A program made the translations under genes and the position numbers. From assembly GCA_958295525.1 (NCBI GenBank), contig OY282355.1, forward strand, positions 485,763-549,762: a stretch of DNA of 64,000 nt. Direction: 5' to 3'. This stretch comes from an uncultured Dehalococcoidia bacterium (GTDB lineage Bacteria > Chloroflexota > Dehalococcoidia > Lucifugimonadales > Australimonadaceae). This document shows, in pieces, positions 39,678 through 48,453 of the stretch. The notes beneath the pieces are model-generated. The model saw only the letters and a list, made by a program, of their open reading frames with translations, did no database searches and was not told the DNA's origin. Positions within the stretch are counted from its first letter, which is position 1. Every line of letters starts with the position of its first letter.

Positions 39678-41696
39678 CTATTCCTCGCCGCCGAGGAACG
39701 CCTTGAGGCTTTCGGCGGACGACCGGCTCATTCCTTTCACGGACGCGATCTCCTCGACGCTTGCCGTTTGCACGCCCGACGCGCTTCCGAAACGTCGGAC
39801 GAGTTCGCGGCGACGCTTCGGGCCGACTCCGGGCGCGTCGTCGAGCCGCGAGCGCGTCGCCGCCCGCGAACGCCGTTGCCGGTGATAGGTGACGGCGAAG
39901 CGGTGCGCCTCGTCCCGCACGCGCTGCAGCAGGTATAGGCCCGGCGATTGGCGCGGCAGCAGAACCGGCTCCGGCGTATGCGGCAGGAACACCTCCTCCT
40001 CCCGCTTCGCCAGCGAGCACAGGGGAACGTCGGTCACGCCCAACTCTAAAAGCGCTTGCTGCGCCGCGCTCAAGTGCCCCTTTCCGCCGTCAATGACGAC
40101 CAGCCCGGGCGTGAACCCAAACGAATTGCCGTCCTCCGCCGGGCTCTCTCCTTCCGCAGGGACTTCCGCAGGAGCGGCGTCCCGGGGCGAGGCCGCCGCG
40201 CGTTCTTTCCTCTCCTTCTTCTCCGCCTCATCATCATCACGCCCCGCATCGTCACGCCCCGCTCCGGCGCTTCCGCGCTCATGAGCGCCGCGCCGCTCCT
40301 CTCCCAAACGCCGGAACCGCCGACGGAGCATCTCTTGCATCGAGGCGTAGTCGTCCACGCCGCTCACGCCTTTGATTTGGAAGCGGCGGTAGTGGGCGGT
40401 CTTGGGGCGTCCGTTCTCGAACACCACCATGCTGCCCACCGAGTTCGTTCCCTGGATGTTGGAGATGTCGTAGCACTCGATGCGGCGCGGGAGTTCCGGC
40501 AGATTCAACTCCTCTTGCAACTCCGCGAGCGCCTGCAGGGCCTTGTCGGATTCGTGGAGCCACTTGATTCGCCGCTGGGTCAGCGCCTCTAGCGCGTTCG
40601 CCGCCGCCATTTGGACGAGCCGCCGCTTCGCGCCGCGCTGCGGACTGGAAACCGCGACGCGCTTGCCCCGCTTTCCGCTCAGCCAGTCCGCGACGGCGTC
40701 CGCGTTTTCGATGGCGTGCTGGGTCAGCAGCGCGGCGGGCACGTCGGTGGACGCTTCGTAGAACTGCTGAACGAACTGCTCGATGAGCGCGGCCTCGTCC
40801 TCTTCCTCGCCGCCCTCCATTGCGAAGTGGTCGCGGCCGATCAGTTTGCCGCGCCGCACGCGGAACAACTCCACCCACGCCTCGCCCTTGTCGTAGGCGA
40901 GCGCGATCACGTCCGCGTCCTCGTTGCGGTTGGAGACGACCTTTTGCCGCTCCGACACCGACGCGATGGCGCGCAACTGGTCGCGCAGAACGGCCGCGCG
41001 CTCGAATTGCATATCCTCCGCCGCGCGCTCCATCCCCGATTGCAGTTCCCGCTCGACGCTTTCCGAATCGCCCTCGAGGAACCGCAGCGCCTGATGAATC
41101 ACCTCGCGGTAGCCGTCGGCGTTCACTTCTCCCGTGCACGGGGCGACGCAGCGGTGGATGTAGAACTCCAGGCAAGGGCGCTCGTCCGTTCCCGTGATCG
41201 CTTTCGTGCACGAGCGGTAGGGGAAGAGTTTCTTCAGCAAGTCCATCGTCTTGCGAACCGACCCGGCGCTGGCGAACGGCCCGAAGTAGCGCGCCCCGTC
41301 GGCCAGAATGCGCCGCGTGAAGTACACCTGCGGGAACGCTTCGGAGAGGTCGATCTTGATGTAGGGGTACGTTTTGTCGTCTTTGAGGCGGGCGTTGAAA
41401 AACGGCTTGCGCTGCTTGATCAGCAGGTTCTCCAGCAGCAGCGCCTCCTGCACCGACTCCGTGACGATGAACTCGAAGTCCGCGATGCGCCGAACCAGGG
41501 CGCGGACGCGCCGCTCCTTGCCGGAGGGCGTTTGGAAGTACGACCGCACGCGGTTGCGGAGGCTGGCCGCCTTCCCCACGTACAGGATCGTCCCGTCGGC
41601 GCCTTTCATCAGATAGACGCCGGGCTTCGCGGGCAGCGCCCGAAGGCGGTCGGCGAACTCCTCGGCTCGAGGTTTTATGCGACGCGGGGCGGCCAT
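39678..41696 (-). CDS. uvrC: Excinuclease ABC subunit C
   Basis: GIY-YIG (GVYLM..YVGKA), RIECYDIS, DGGKG, RDEAHRFA and HhH motifs; start inferred from a leaderless -10. Confidence 0.95.
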   Translation of the reverse strand: MAAPRRIKPRAEEFADRLRALPAKPGVYLMKGADGTILYVGKAASLRNRVRSYFQTPSGKERRVRALVRRIADFEFIVTESVQEALLLENLLIKQRKPFFNARLKDDKTYPYIKIDLSEAFPQVYFTRRILADGARYFGPFASAGSVRKTMDLLKKLFPYRSCTKAITGTDERPCLEFYIHRCVAPCTGEVNADGYREVIHQALRFLEGDSESVERELQSGMERAAEDMQFERAAVLRDQLRAIASVSERQKVVSNRNEDADVIALAYDKGEAWVELFRVRRGKLIGRDHFAMEGGEEEDEAALIEQFVQQFYEASTDVPAALLTQHAIENADAVADWLSGKRGKRVAVSSPQRGAKRRLVQMAAANALEALTQRRIKWLHESDKALQALAELQEELNLPELPRRIECYDISNIQGTNSVGSMVVFENGRPKTAHYRRFQIKGVSGVDDYASMQEMLRRRFRRLGEERRGAHERGSAGAGRDDAGRDDDEAEKKERKERAAASPRDAAPAEVPAEGESPAEDGNSFGFTPGLVVIDGGKGHLSAAQQALLELGVTDVPLCSLAKREEEVFLPHTPEPVLLPRQSPGLYLLQRVRDEAHRFAVTYHRQRRSRAATRSRLDDAPGVGPKRRRELVRRFGSASGVQTASVEEIASVKGMSRSSAESLKAFLGGEE

Positions 41697-41743
41697 CGCC
41701 GCCATTCTATCTTGCGGGGCGGGGAGGGGAGGGGAGGGCGGGG

Positions 41744-42139
41744 TTAGGGTTGCGCGAACGCAGAAGGCGGAACGGCCACGTCGGGCGCGCCTTGCAGAAT
41801 CTCCCTGTCCAGCGTAACGAGCGGAACGCCCAACGCCCGCGCGCAGACGACGAATTCGGCGTCGTAGGCGGTGAGGTCGCATTCCAACGCAGTCTCCAGC
41901 ACGGCGGCGCCGTCGACGGCATGGATGCGGTCGCCTAGCGCTCTGACGGCCTCGGCGTTCATTCGCTTCGCGCGCTCCAAGTCCGCCTCTCCTCGACGGA
42001 CGTATCCCATCAGCGCGTTGCGGATTTCGCTTATTGCAATGCTCGGGGCGGCCCATTCGGGGTCTCGCCGCCGGAGCCGAACGCCGACCTCCTCACGGAG
42101 CGCGAAACTCACGAGGATGTTCGTGTCAACGACGATCAC
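41744..42139 (-). CDS. vapC: VapC PIN-domain toxin
   Basis: VVDTNIL, SEIRNAL, TAYDA and LVTLD motifs. Confidence 0.88.
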   Translation of the reverse strand: MIVVDTNILVSFALREEVGVRLRRRDPEWAAPSIAISEIRNALMGYVRRGEADLERAKRMNAEAVRALGDRIHAVDGAAVLETALECDLTAYDAEFVVCARALGVPLVTLDREILQGAPDVAVPPSAFAQP

Positions 42140-42546
42140 CGGCGGCGCCCTTCCTGGATCAGCGCCTCGATGTTCTCCGGGCTTGCATCTATCCCGCCGC
42201 GGGCGTCAATCGCCTCGCGCAGTTTCCGAATCCGCTCGAGGAGTTCCTCTTCGCTGATCGGTTCGTAGGGATTGGGGATGGGCGTCGTTTTTCCGCTGCC
42301 GGGGTTCGCGTCTATCCGCGGCGGGGCGTCGCCGGCCGCGTCCCGCTCCAACGCCTGGTCGCGGAGGGCGTTCGCGCTCAGCGGTTCGGCAGAGGCGGAG
42401 ATAGGCGGCGCAGGAGGCTCGGCGGCGACGGACGCGGCGAGCCTAGCGAGGATTTCGCCGTTCACGCTGCGGTGGTTGGCGCGTGCGGCGTCTTTGATCC
42501 GCCGGTGCACGTGGTCGGGGACGCCACGCAGGGCTACGTTCGGCAT
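42136..42546 (-). CDS. Arc/FitA-like RHH antitoxin
   Basis: VALRGVPDHVHRRIK..A..NHRSVNGEI; GTGA overlap with vapC. Confidence 0.82.
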   Translation of the reverse strand: MPNVALRGVPDHVHRRIKDAARANHRSVNGEILARLAASVAAEPPAPPISASAEPLSANALRDQALERDAAGDAPPRIDANPGSGKTTPIPNPYEPISEEELLERIRKLREAIDARGGIDASPENIEALIQEGRRR

Positions 42547-42696
42547 AGCGCGCCTCCTATCAGGTGATAGAGGAATGATAGCACGGGGGGACGGTCACCG
42601 GCGGCGCCCTTCCTGTATCAGCGCCTCGATGCGCTCAGGGCTTGCATCTATCCCGCCGCGGGGGGCGGGTAGGGGCGGGGGGCCTATCGAGGACGG

Positions 42697-43119
42697 CTAG
42701 GCGGCGGACTGCTCAACGAGATAGCCGCGGTCAACCACTGCGAACCGTCGCGCGTCGCCGACTTCCTCCCTTGACGCCTGGTCCGGAGTGCGCAACTCCC
42801 GAACCATATTCAAAGCCATGAAGGGGGACAGCGCGGAGCTGGCGCCCGAAGGAGAAGATCTGTACGTCTCATACGTGTGGGCGATGGCGTAGCGGGGCTG
42901 CGCTTCAATGACCTCCACCCTGACCAGTTCGCGGGGCAATTCCCCCAAGCGCTCGTCTGTGTCGGGGTCGGTGATGTCCAATTCCTCCAAGACCCGGAAG
43001 CGCATGCCCGGCTCAACGCCGTGCTCGCTCCCCCGGTTGATGACGAGCCGCCGCGCGCTCAGCACAGCCGCAACCTTGCCCGTAATAGGCTCTTGTCCGT
43101 TCATCGTTGGGCCCTCCAA
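42697..43119 (-). CDS. Hypothetical protein (FlgT C-terminal-like beta domain)
   Basis: GKVAAV..LVINRGSEHGVEPGMRF..DPDT.E.LG pattern; start may be 43104. Confidence 0.6.
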   Translation of the reverse strand: MEGPTMNGQEPITGKVAAVLSARRLVINRGSEHGVEPGMRFRVLEELDITDPDTDERLGELPRELVRVEVIEAQPRYAIAHTYETYRSSPSGASSALSPFMALNMVRELRTPDQASREEVGDARRFAVVDRGYLVEQSAA

Positions 43120-43679
43120 GCCTGTAACGCCGCAACTGCCGATGTTCTCGCTTCCTCGCTGCTTTGCAATCTTACGCGAAAGTCGGGCGGCGAGTCGTCC
43201 TTGTCCATACGCGCTTCCAGATTATTCCACATCTCGTTGCTGCCGCGTGAGACAACGGGGCAAACGGCTTCGCCCCGCTCTATCCGTTTCACCTCGACGA
43301 CTCCCACCTCTTCGTCGTCGGCATCGTAGACCACGAACGCTGCGCCGATGCCCATCCGCGAATCCGCGGGGACGATCAAAGCGGCAGTGTCGTCAACTGC
43401 TTCGACGCGCACCGGCTTCGTTGCGGGATTGACATGCATGAATGCCGACCTTACTGCGCGAAGTCCCACCGTCGCGGCGAGCCTTCGTCCCACTGCGCGA
43501 AGTTTGGGAACGAGCATAAGCGCCCAAACAACCCCGACGCTAATAGGAAGCGCAAGGACTATGGTGAGTGCGCGCGCCCACAGGGGCAGCGAAGTCCCTT
43601 CCGTGACGACCGTCAGCACCGCGATCAGGACGGAGGCGAGAACACTAACGGCGGCGAGCGCGAACGGAGACTGCATCAT
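43101..43679 (-). CDS. Hypothetical 2-TM membrane protein with beta-rich C-terminal domain
   Basis: Two N-terminal TM helices; overlaps the downstream gene. Confidence 0.6.
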   Translation of the reverse strand: MMQSPFALAAVSVLASVLIAVLTVVTEGTSLPLWARALTIVLALPISVGVVWALMLVPKLRAVGRRLAATVGLRAVRSAFMHVNPATKPVRVEAVDDTAALIVPADSRMGIGAAFVVYDADDEEVGVVEVKRIERGEAVCPVVSRGSNEMWNNLEARMDKDDSPPDFRVRLQSSEEARTSAVAALQAWRAQR

Positions 43680-43959
43680 GCGCTCAGTCTAGTCGCTCCG
43701 CCGGAAACGCGGCAAGGCCCCGATGTCGCCGTTCACTGCCAGGCAGGGATAATCCGGCAAGGCCGGCCACAGCCGAGTTCCTCGATCTCGTTGGCCGACT
43801 TGCGCGCGGGGCTCGCCGTCCCCGCCACCGCCTTCCCGCAAAGCGGCTATACTCCCCGCGAACCCGCCAGCGCGGCGGGGGGGCGGGCGCCGCAGGTTAT
43901 CTTGCGCGCCCGATAAGGTTATAGGGCGAAAATCCGTTAGAAAATGGGTTGGAGCCCTA

Positions 43960-43990
43960 TTGCATAATCTAATGGAAGGAGGTAGATTAT
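43960..43990 (+). promoter_or_regulatory. Promoter with overlapping inverted-repeat operator
   Basis: TTGCAT-N17-TAGATT; ATAATCTA-N11-TAGATTAT. Confidence 0.65.
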
Positions 43991-43994
43991 ATCC

Positions 43995-44297
43995 GTGGTT
44001 GACGCAGACGCCACCATAGGGAAGTACCCCATCGGCGTCGCCGCAAGACTGACGGACGTTTCGGAGCAGCGCCTCCGGTCGTTCGAGGCAGCGGGGCTCA
44101 TCGAGCCGGAGCGCACGGAGGGAGGCACGAGGCTGTATTCGGACGTAGACGTCGCGTTGATCGTCCGGATCGCCGAACTTGCCGACAAAGGCGTGAACTT
44201 CGCGGGAATCCGCGAGGTGCTGGAGATCGAGACCCGCGTTGACGGCGGCGACGAAGAGGGAATAACCGGCCAGGAGCGGACGGAAGGAACAGAATAG
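43995..44297 (+). CDS. MerR family regulator (HspR-like)
   Basis: YPIGVAARL, LRSFEAAGLI.P.RTEGGTRLYS and GVNFAGI motifs. Confidence 0.85.
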   Translation: MVDADATIGKYPIGVAARLTDVSEQRLRSFEAAGLIEPERTEGGTRLYSDVDVALIVRIAELADKGVNFAGIREVLEIETRVDGGDEEGITGQERTEGTE

Positions 44298-44454
44298 ACG
44301 CTTCGGCGCCACGGCTTCGGCGGGGAGGCAATCCCCCCGCTGTCCGCTCTAGCCAAGAGCGGGCGCCCGGAAAGACGGGCGGACTCCTCCGGGAGCCCTC
44401 CCGCACTCAGGCCCAGCGCGATAGCACAGCCCAAGCGGAGGAAAGGAACGGGAG

Positions 44455-45357
44455 ATGAATTGGGTCGTGTTTTCGTTGATCAGCGCGGTCGCGTTCACTG
44501 CGTACTCCGTGGCGCAGAAGCGAACCCTTGACCGCCACGTGCGCGGGCCGGCGGCGTTCAGCGCGCTGGCGTGCGTGATGCACGGGGCCGTGGCGAGCGT
44601 CATTCTGTTCTTCGCGCCCCCCGACTGGCTGTCGTGGAGCGTCGCCGTCATCGTTCTCGCCGGAACCGTTCACGCGGGCATCCAAATCCTCACGGCCTAC
44701 GCCTTCCGCCGCGAGGCCGACGTGACGCGCATCGTTCCCGTCCTCGACGCCTACCCGCTCTTCGTCCTCGCGCTGGCCGTCGCCCTCCTCGACGAGTCGC
44801 TCACTCCGGTCAAGTGGGGCGCCGTTGGTCTCGTCGTCGCGGGCGTCGTCATCGCCTCGCGGCGCGAGACGCCCTCCGGCGGTCGGCTGTCCATCTTCAA
44901 TCCTTCCGTGATCGCGGTGGTCGCGGCGGCCGTCGGCATTGGGTTCTACTCCATCTTGGCGAAGATGGCGATGGCGATGGGGGGGTTGAGCATTCTGCAG
45001 ATCTACGCGGTCTCGTGGCTCGCCGCGCTTCCGTGGACGTTCGGCGCCGCGTGGTTCACCGACCGCGCCGGACTGAAGGCGGCGTTGGCCTCGCCTTCCG
45101 CCCTGCGGCATTCCGGGGCGGCGCAGGCGGCGATGCTCGCGGCTTTCATCACCGGCTTCATTGCCTTCGAGTCCGGCCCCGTCTCCCTCAGCGCGGCGCT
45201 GATGTCCATCCGCCCGGTGCTCCTCCTCCTCTGGGTCGGACTGGGCGCGGTCAGCCTCCACTCCATTCTCAGCAGGCCGCGTCTCTCCGGCGACGGCAGG
45301 GCGCGCTGGGCCTCCGCCGGTCTCGTGGTGCTGGGGGCCGGGGTCATGGCGCTCTAG
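44455..45357 (+). CDS. EamA/DMT family transporter
   Basis: 10 TM; paralogous to 2225-3139. Confidence 0.78.
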   Translation: MNWVVFSLISAVAFTAYSVAQKRTLDRHVRGPAAFSALACVMHGAVASVILFFAPPDWLSWSVAVIVLAGTVHAGIQILTAYAFRREADVTRIVPVLDAYPLFVLALAVALLDESLTPVKWGAVGLVVAGVVIASRRETPSGGRLSIFNPSVIAVVAAAVGIGFYSILAKMAMAMGGLSILQIYAVSWLAALPWTFGAAWFTDRAGLKAALASPSALRHSGAAQAAMLAAFITGFIAFESGPVSLSAALMSIRPVLLLLWVGLGAVSLHSILSRPRLSGDGRARWASAGLVVLGAGVMAL

Positions 45358-45370
45358 CCGCAACGGCGCC

Positions 45371-45410
45371 AATAGGGCGCAGGGGCGCTCACGCGCCCCT
45401 GCGCCCTATT
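45371..45410. terminator. Perfect 18-bp hairpin between convergent genes
   Basis: AATAGGGCGCAGGGGCGC-tcac-GCGCCCCTGCGCCCTATT. Confidence 0.65.
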
Positions 45411-45497
45411 CGCCATTCCCGCCCGCAAGCAGGCGCCGCGCGGAACGCGCCGTCCCGCGCCTCCGCCCAACGAATCCCACGATGAACATAGGCTGCA

Positions 45498-46691
45498 TCA
45501 CCGCAAGGAGGCGTCCCAGCCTTCCGGCGGCTCGATGCGAATGCGCGTCCCGCCCGGCGGCGACGGTTGGCCGTACTTGTCGTCTCCCCAGCAAACCGCT
45601 CCGCCGTCAAAGCGTAAGGCGCAGGTGTGCGCGCCTCCGCTGCTAATCGCTGTGAACCGCTCATGCTCCGGGGGCTGAGCCGCTCCTGTGTACACAATTT
45701 CGAATCTGCGAAACCCCGCGGTGTCGTATCTGCGAGACAGATGGTTTCTTCCCCAACAGACGGGGCTGCCGTCAAAGCGCAGCGCGCACGTATGCTCATA
45801 GCCGCTGCTGACCGTGGCGAATCGCTCCTCTTTCGGGGCTGCGGATTCGCCGTTATCGTAACTACCCGCGCAATAAGGAGTTCCGTCGCTTCGGAGCGCG
45901 CATTCGTGCGCCGCCCCGGCGCTGAGTGACGCCCATTGCGAACGCGCTAACGGGGCCCATACTCCTATCGAACCCCAACAGATGAGGCTTCCGTCGTCCC
46001 TCCGCCCGCACGCGCGGTATTCTCCGCTGCTGATCGCAGTGAAACGTTCCCCGTCGGGAGGAGATGATTGACGCGAATTGTCCCTGCCCCAACAGACCGG
46101 CGCGCCGTCGAATCGCAGTCCGCAGGTGTGCCAGCCGCCGCTGCTGATCGACTCGAACCGTTCGTCTTTCGGAGGGGAGGCTTGTCCATCGTGGTTCGTT
46201 CCCCAGCAGACAGGGCTGCCGTCGAACCGGAGCGCGCAGGTGTGCGACCCGCCGCTGCTGATCGCTCCGAACCTTTCGCCGGCCGGAGGGGATGCTTGCC
46301 CGTCGCGGTTCGCTCCCCAACAAACAGGGCCGCCGTCAAAGCGCAGCGCGCACGTGTGCCACTCGCCGCTGCTGATCGCGGTGAACCGCTCTTGAAACCG
46401 CCAGCGCCCGCACGACTCGGATGCGCGGAATCCGGCGTCTGTAGGCAAGATGGCGACAACCGCGGCGTCGGTCGTCGTCCCCGAACTCAAGACGGCGTCG
46501 CCTTCCGCGTCGAGGCTTGCAAGCCGCGCCCATTCGCATGATCCTGATATGTCGGCGGCCTCGTAGACGCCAGGAGCGATGTCCTCTCCGACGCGCCACG
46601 CGCCGGGGCCAAAGGAGACTCCGCCTTGACAAGCGGCCAGCGCAATTGGAAGCAGCGTACAGACGGCGAGGATCCACCGGAAGCGGCGCAT
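45498..46691 (-). CDS. RCC1/BLIP-II repeat lipoprotein
   Basis: Lipobox LAAC; about 7 repeats of ISSG..HTCALRFDG..VCWG. Confidence 0.82.
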   Translation of the reverse strand: MRRFRWILAVCTLLPIALAACQGGVSFGPGAWRVGEDIAPGVYEAADISGSCEWARLASLDAEGDAVLSSGTTTDAAVVAILPTDAGFRASESCGRWRFQERFTAISSGEWHTCALRFDGGPVCWGANRDGQASPPAGERFGAISSGGSHTCALRFDGSPVCWGTNHDGQASPPKDERFESISSGGWHTCGLRFDGAPVCWGRDNSRQSSPPDGERFTAISSGEYRACGRRDDGSLICWGSIGVWAPLARSQWASLSAGAAHECALRSDGTPYCAGSYDNGESAAPKEERFATVSSGYEHTCALRFDGSPVCWGRNHLSRRYDTAGFRRFEIVYTGAAQPPEHERFTAISSGGAHTCALRFDGGAVCWGDDKYGQPSPPGGTRIRIEPPEGWDASLR

Positions 46692-46786
46692 AGAGAGCAA
46701 TATAGCAGGCGCGGACGCTCCACGCGCATCGCATAGCCGCTCCCGCTCCCTTCGGGCTCGAGTTCGTCGTGTATAGTGGTCTTCCT

Positions 46787-48319
46787 ATGAATTCGCGCGC
46801 CTTGCTTGCCGCTCGCTGCTTTGCGCTGATTGCAATGCTCGGACTCGCCTCTTGCGCGCCAACTCCTATCCCCGCTCCCGCCTCTACGCCTACGCCCGAG
46901 CCGCCCGCCGGGCCCGCGCCTACGCCCACTCCCGCGCCGCCGTTTCCCTGGACGGCGTTCGATCACGGCTCGTGGCGAGTCGGCGAGGAAATCGTCCCCG
47001 GCGTCTACGAGGCCGCCGACATATCAGGATCATGCGAATGGGCGCGCCTCAACCGTATGAGCGGCGCCGACGCCGACATGCTCTTCGCAGGACGGACGAC
47101 CGAGCCCGTCCGCGTCGCCATCCCCTCCACCGACGCCGGATTCGCCGCGTCTCAAGGGTGCGGGCGGTGGACGCTGCAATTGCCTCCAACGCCGCCGCCG
47201 CCGCTTGTCCCGATACCTGTTCCGCCCGGCTTTCCCAAACCCGGAGAAGCGGCGACGATAAGCAGCGGCGGCGGCCACACCTGCGCGTTGCGAACGGACG
47301 GCAGCCCCGTTTGCTGGGGCTGGGACGGGGTCGGCCAAGCGTCGCCGCCGGAAGGAGAACGCTTTGCGACGATAAGCAGCGGCGACCTGCACACCTGCGC
47401 GCTGCGATTCGACGGCGGGCCCGTCTGCTGGGGCTGGGACAGGCACGGCCAAGCGTCGCCGCCGGAAGGAGAACGCTTTGCGACGATAAGCAGCGGCGAC
47501 CTGCACACTTGCGCGGTGCGGCTCGACGGCGGCCCCGTCTGCTGGGGAAGCAACGTTGAAGACGGCTACGACAGGCTGGCGCGGCAAGCGACGCCTCCGA
47601 ACGAAGCGCTGCTCGCGGAGATTATCGAGGACTGGGAGAATAACCTAGCCCGGCTGTGCCCCCAATACACCGATGAGAACCCGGCCTGCAAAGCGCCCGT
47701 CGAGTACGACTTGAGCGGTCGTCCGGACAGTGAGCAGTTCACCTTCGTTGACAGGCACTGGGGTTACACGTGCGCTCTCCGCGAGGACACCACGGCGGTG
47801 TGCTGGGGGCATTACGCCTACGGGCAGCCTGCGCCTGCAAGCGGAGTCCCCTATACGGCGATAAGCAGCGGAAGCCGGAGCACGGTCGCGCTGCGGGCGG
47901 ACGGCGTTCTCGTTTCTTGGGGACAGAGCAGACTTGGAGCGCAAGGCTTCACCACGATCAGCAACGGCGAGTTGCATACCTGCGCCTTGCGGCCCGACGG
48001 CGGCAGTGAATGTTGGGGAAAGCACACGGAGGGGCAACTGCGGGCGCCGGAGGGAGAGCGGTTCGCCGCGATAACCGTGGGCAAGTACAACACCTGCGCG
48101 CTGCGGTTCGACGGCGGCCCCGTCTGCTGGGGAGGCAACTTCGCCGGAGAGTCCGAACCTCCGGTGAAAGAGCGGTTCGTCGCCATCACCGCCGGAATCA
48201 ATCACGTGTGCGGACTGAGGCCTGACGGCGCGCCCGTTTGCTGGGGAGACGACAACAGCATAGGGCAACTGCCCGAGGGAGAGCGGTTCGCCCTCGAGCG
48301 CGTGCAAGCCCCGGGGTAA
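46787..48319 (+). CDS. RCC1/BLIP-II repeat lipoprotein with Pro-rich linker
   Basis: Lipobox LASC; about 8 RCC1-like repeats. Confidence 0.82.
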   Translation: MNSRALLAARCFALIAMLGLASCAPTPIPAPASTPTPEPPAGPAPTPTPAPPFPWTAFDHGSWRVGEEIVPGVYEAADISGSCEWARLNRMSGADADMLFAGRTTEPVRVAIPSTDAGFAASQGCGRWTLQLPPTPPPPLVPIPVPPGFPKPGEAATISSGGGHTCALRTDGSPVCWGWDGVGQASPPEGERFATISSGDLHTCALRFDGGPVCWGWDRHGQASPPEGERFATISSGDLHTCAVRLDGGPVCWGSNVEDGYDRLARQATPPNEALLAEIIEDWENNLARLCPQYTDENPACKAPVEYDLSGRPDSEQFTFVDRHWGYTCALREDTTAVCWGHYAYGQPAPASGVPYTAISSGSRSTVALRADGVLVSWGQSRLGAQGFTTISNGELHTCALRPDGGSECWGKHTEGQLRAPEGERFAAITVGKYNTCALRFDGGPVCWGGNFAGESEPPVKERFVAITAGINHVCGLRPDGAPVCWGDDNSIGQLPEGERFALERVQAPG

Positions 48320-48453
48320 GCCGCCGTCCTACGCCATCCCGCTCTTGCGCGTCCCGCGTTCGCCGTCCTACGTGGCCTTGCGTAACGCAACGGTTACCCC
48401 CTCCCCGCCGCCGCCTTGCGTTTTGCGGCTCTTCGCATTTAGCATTGGCCTCT

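Noticed and set aside
41744-43679. Prophage or integrative element
   Set aside because: No integrase, tRNA/att site or phage genes
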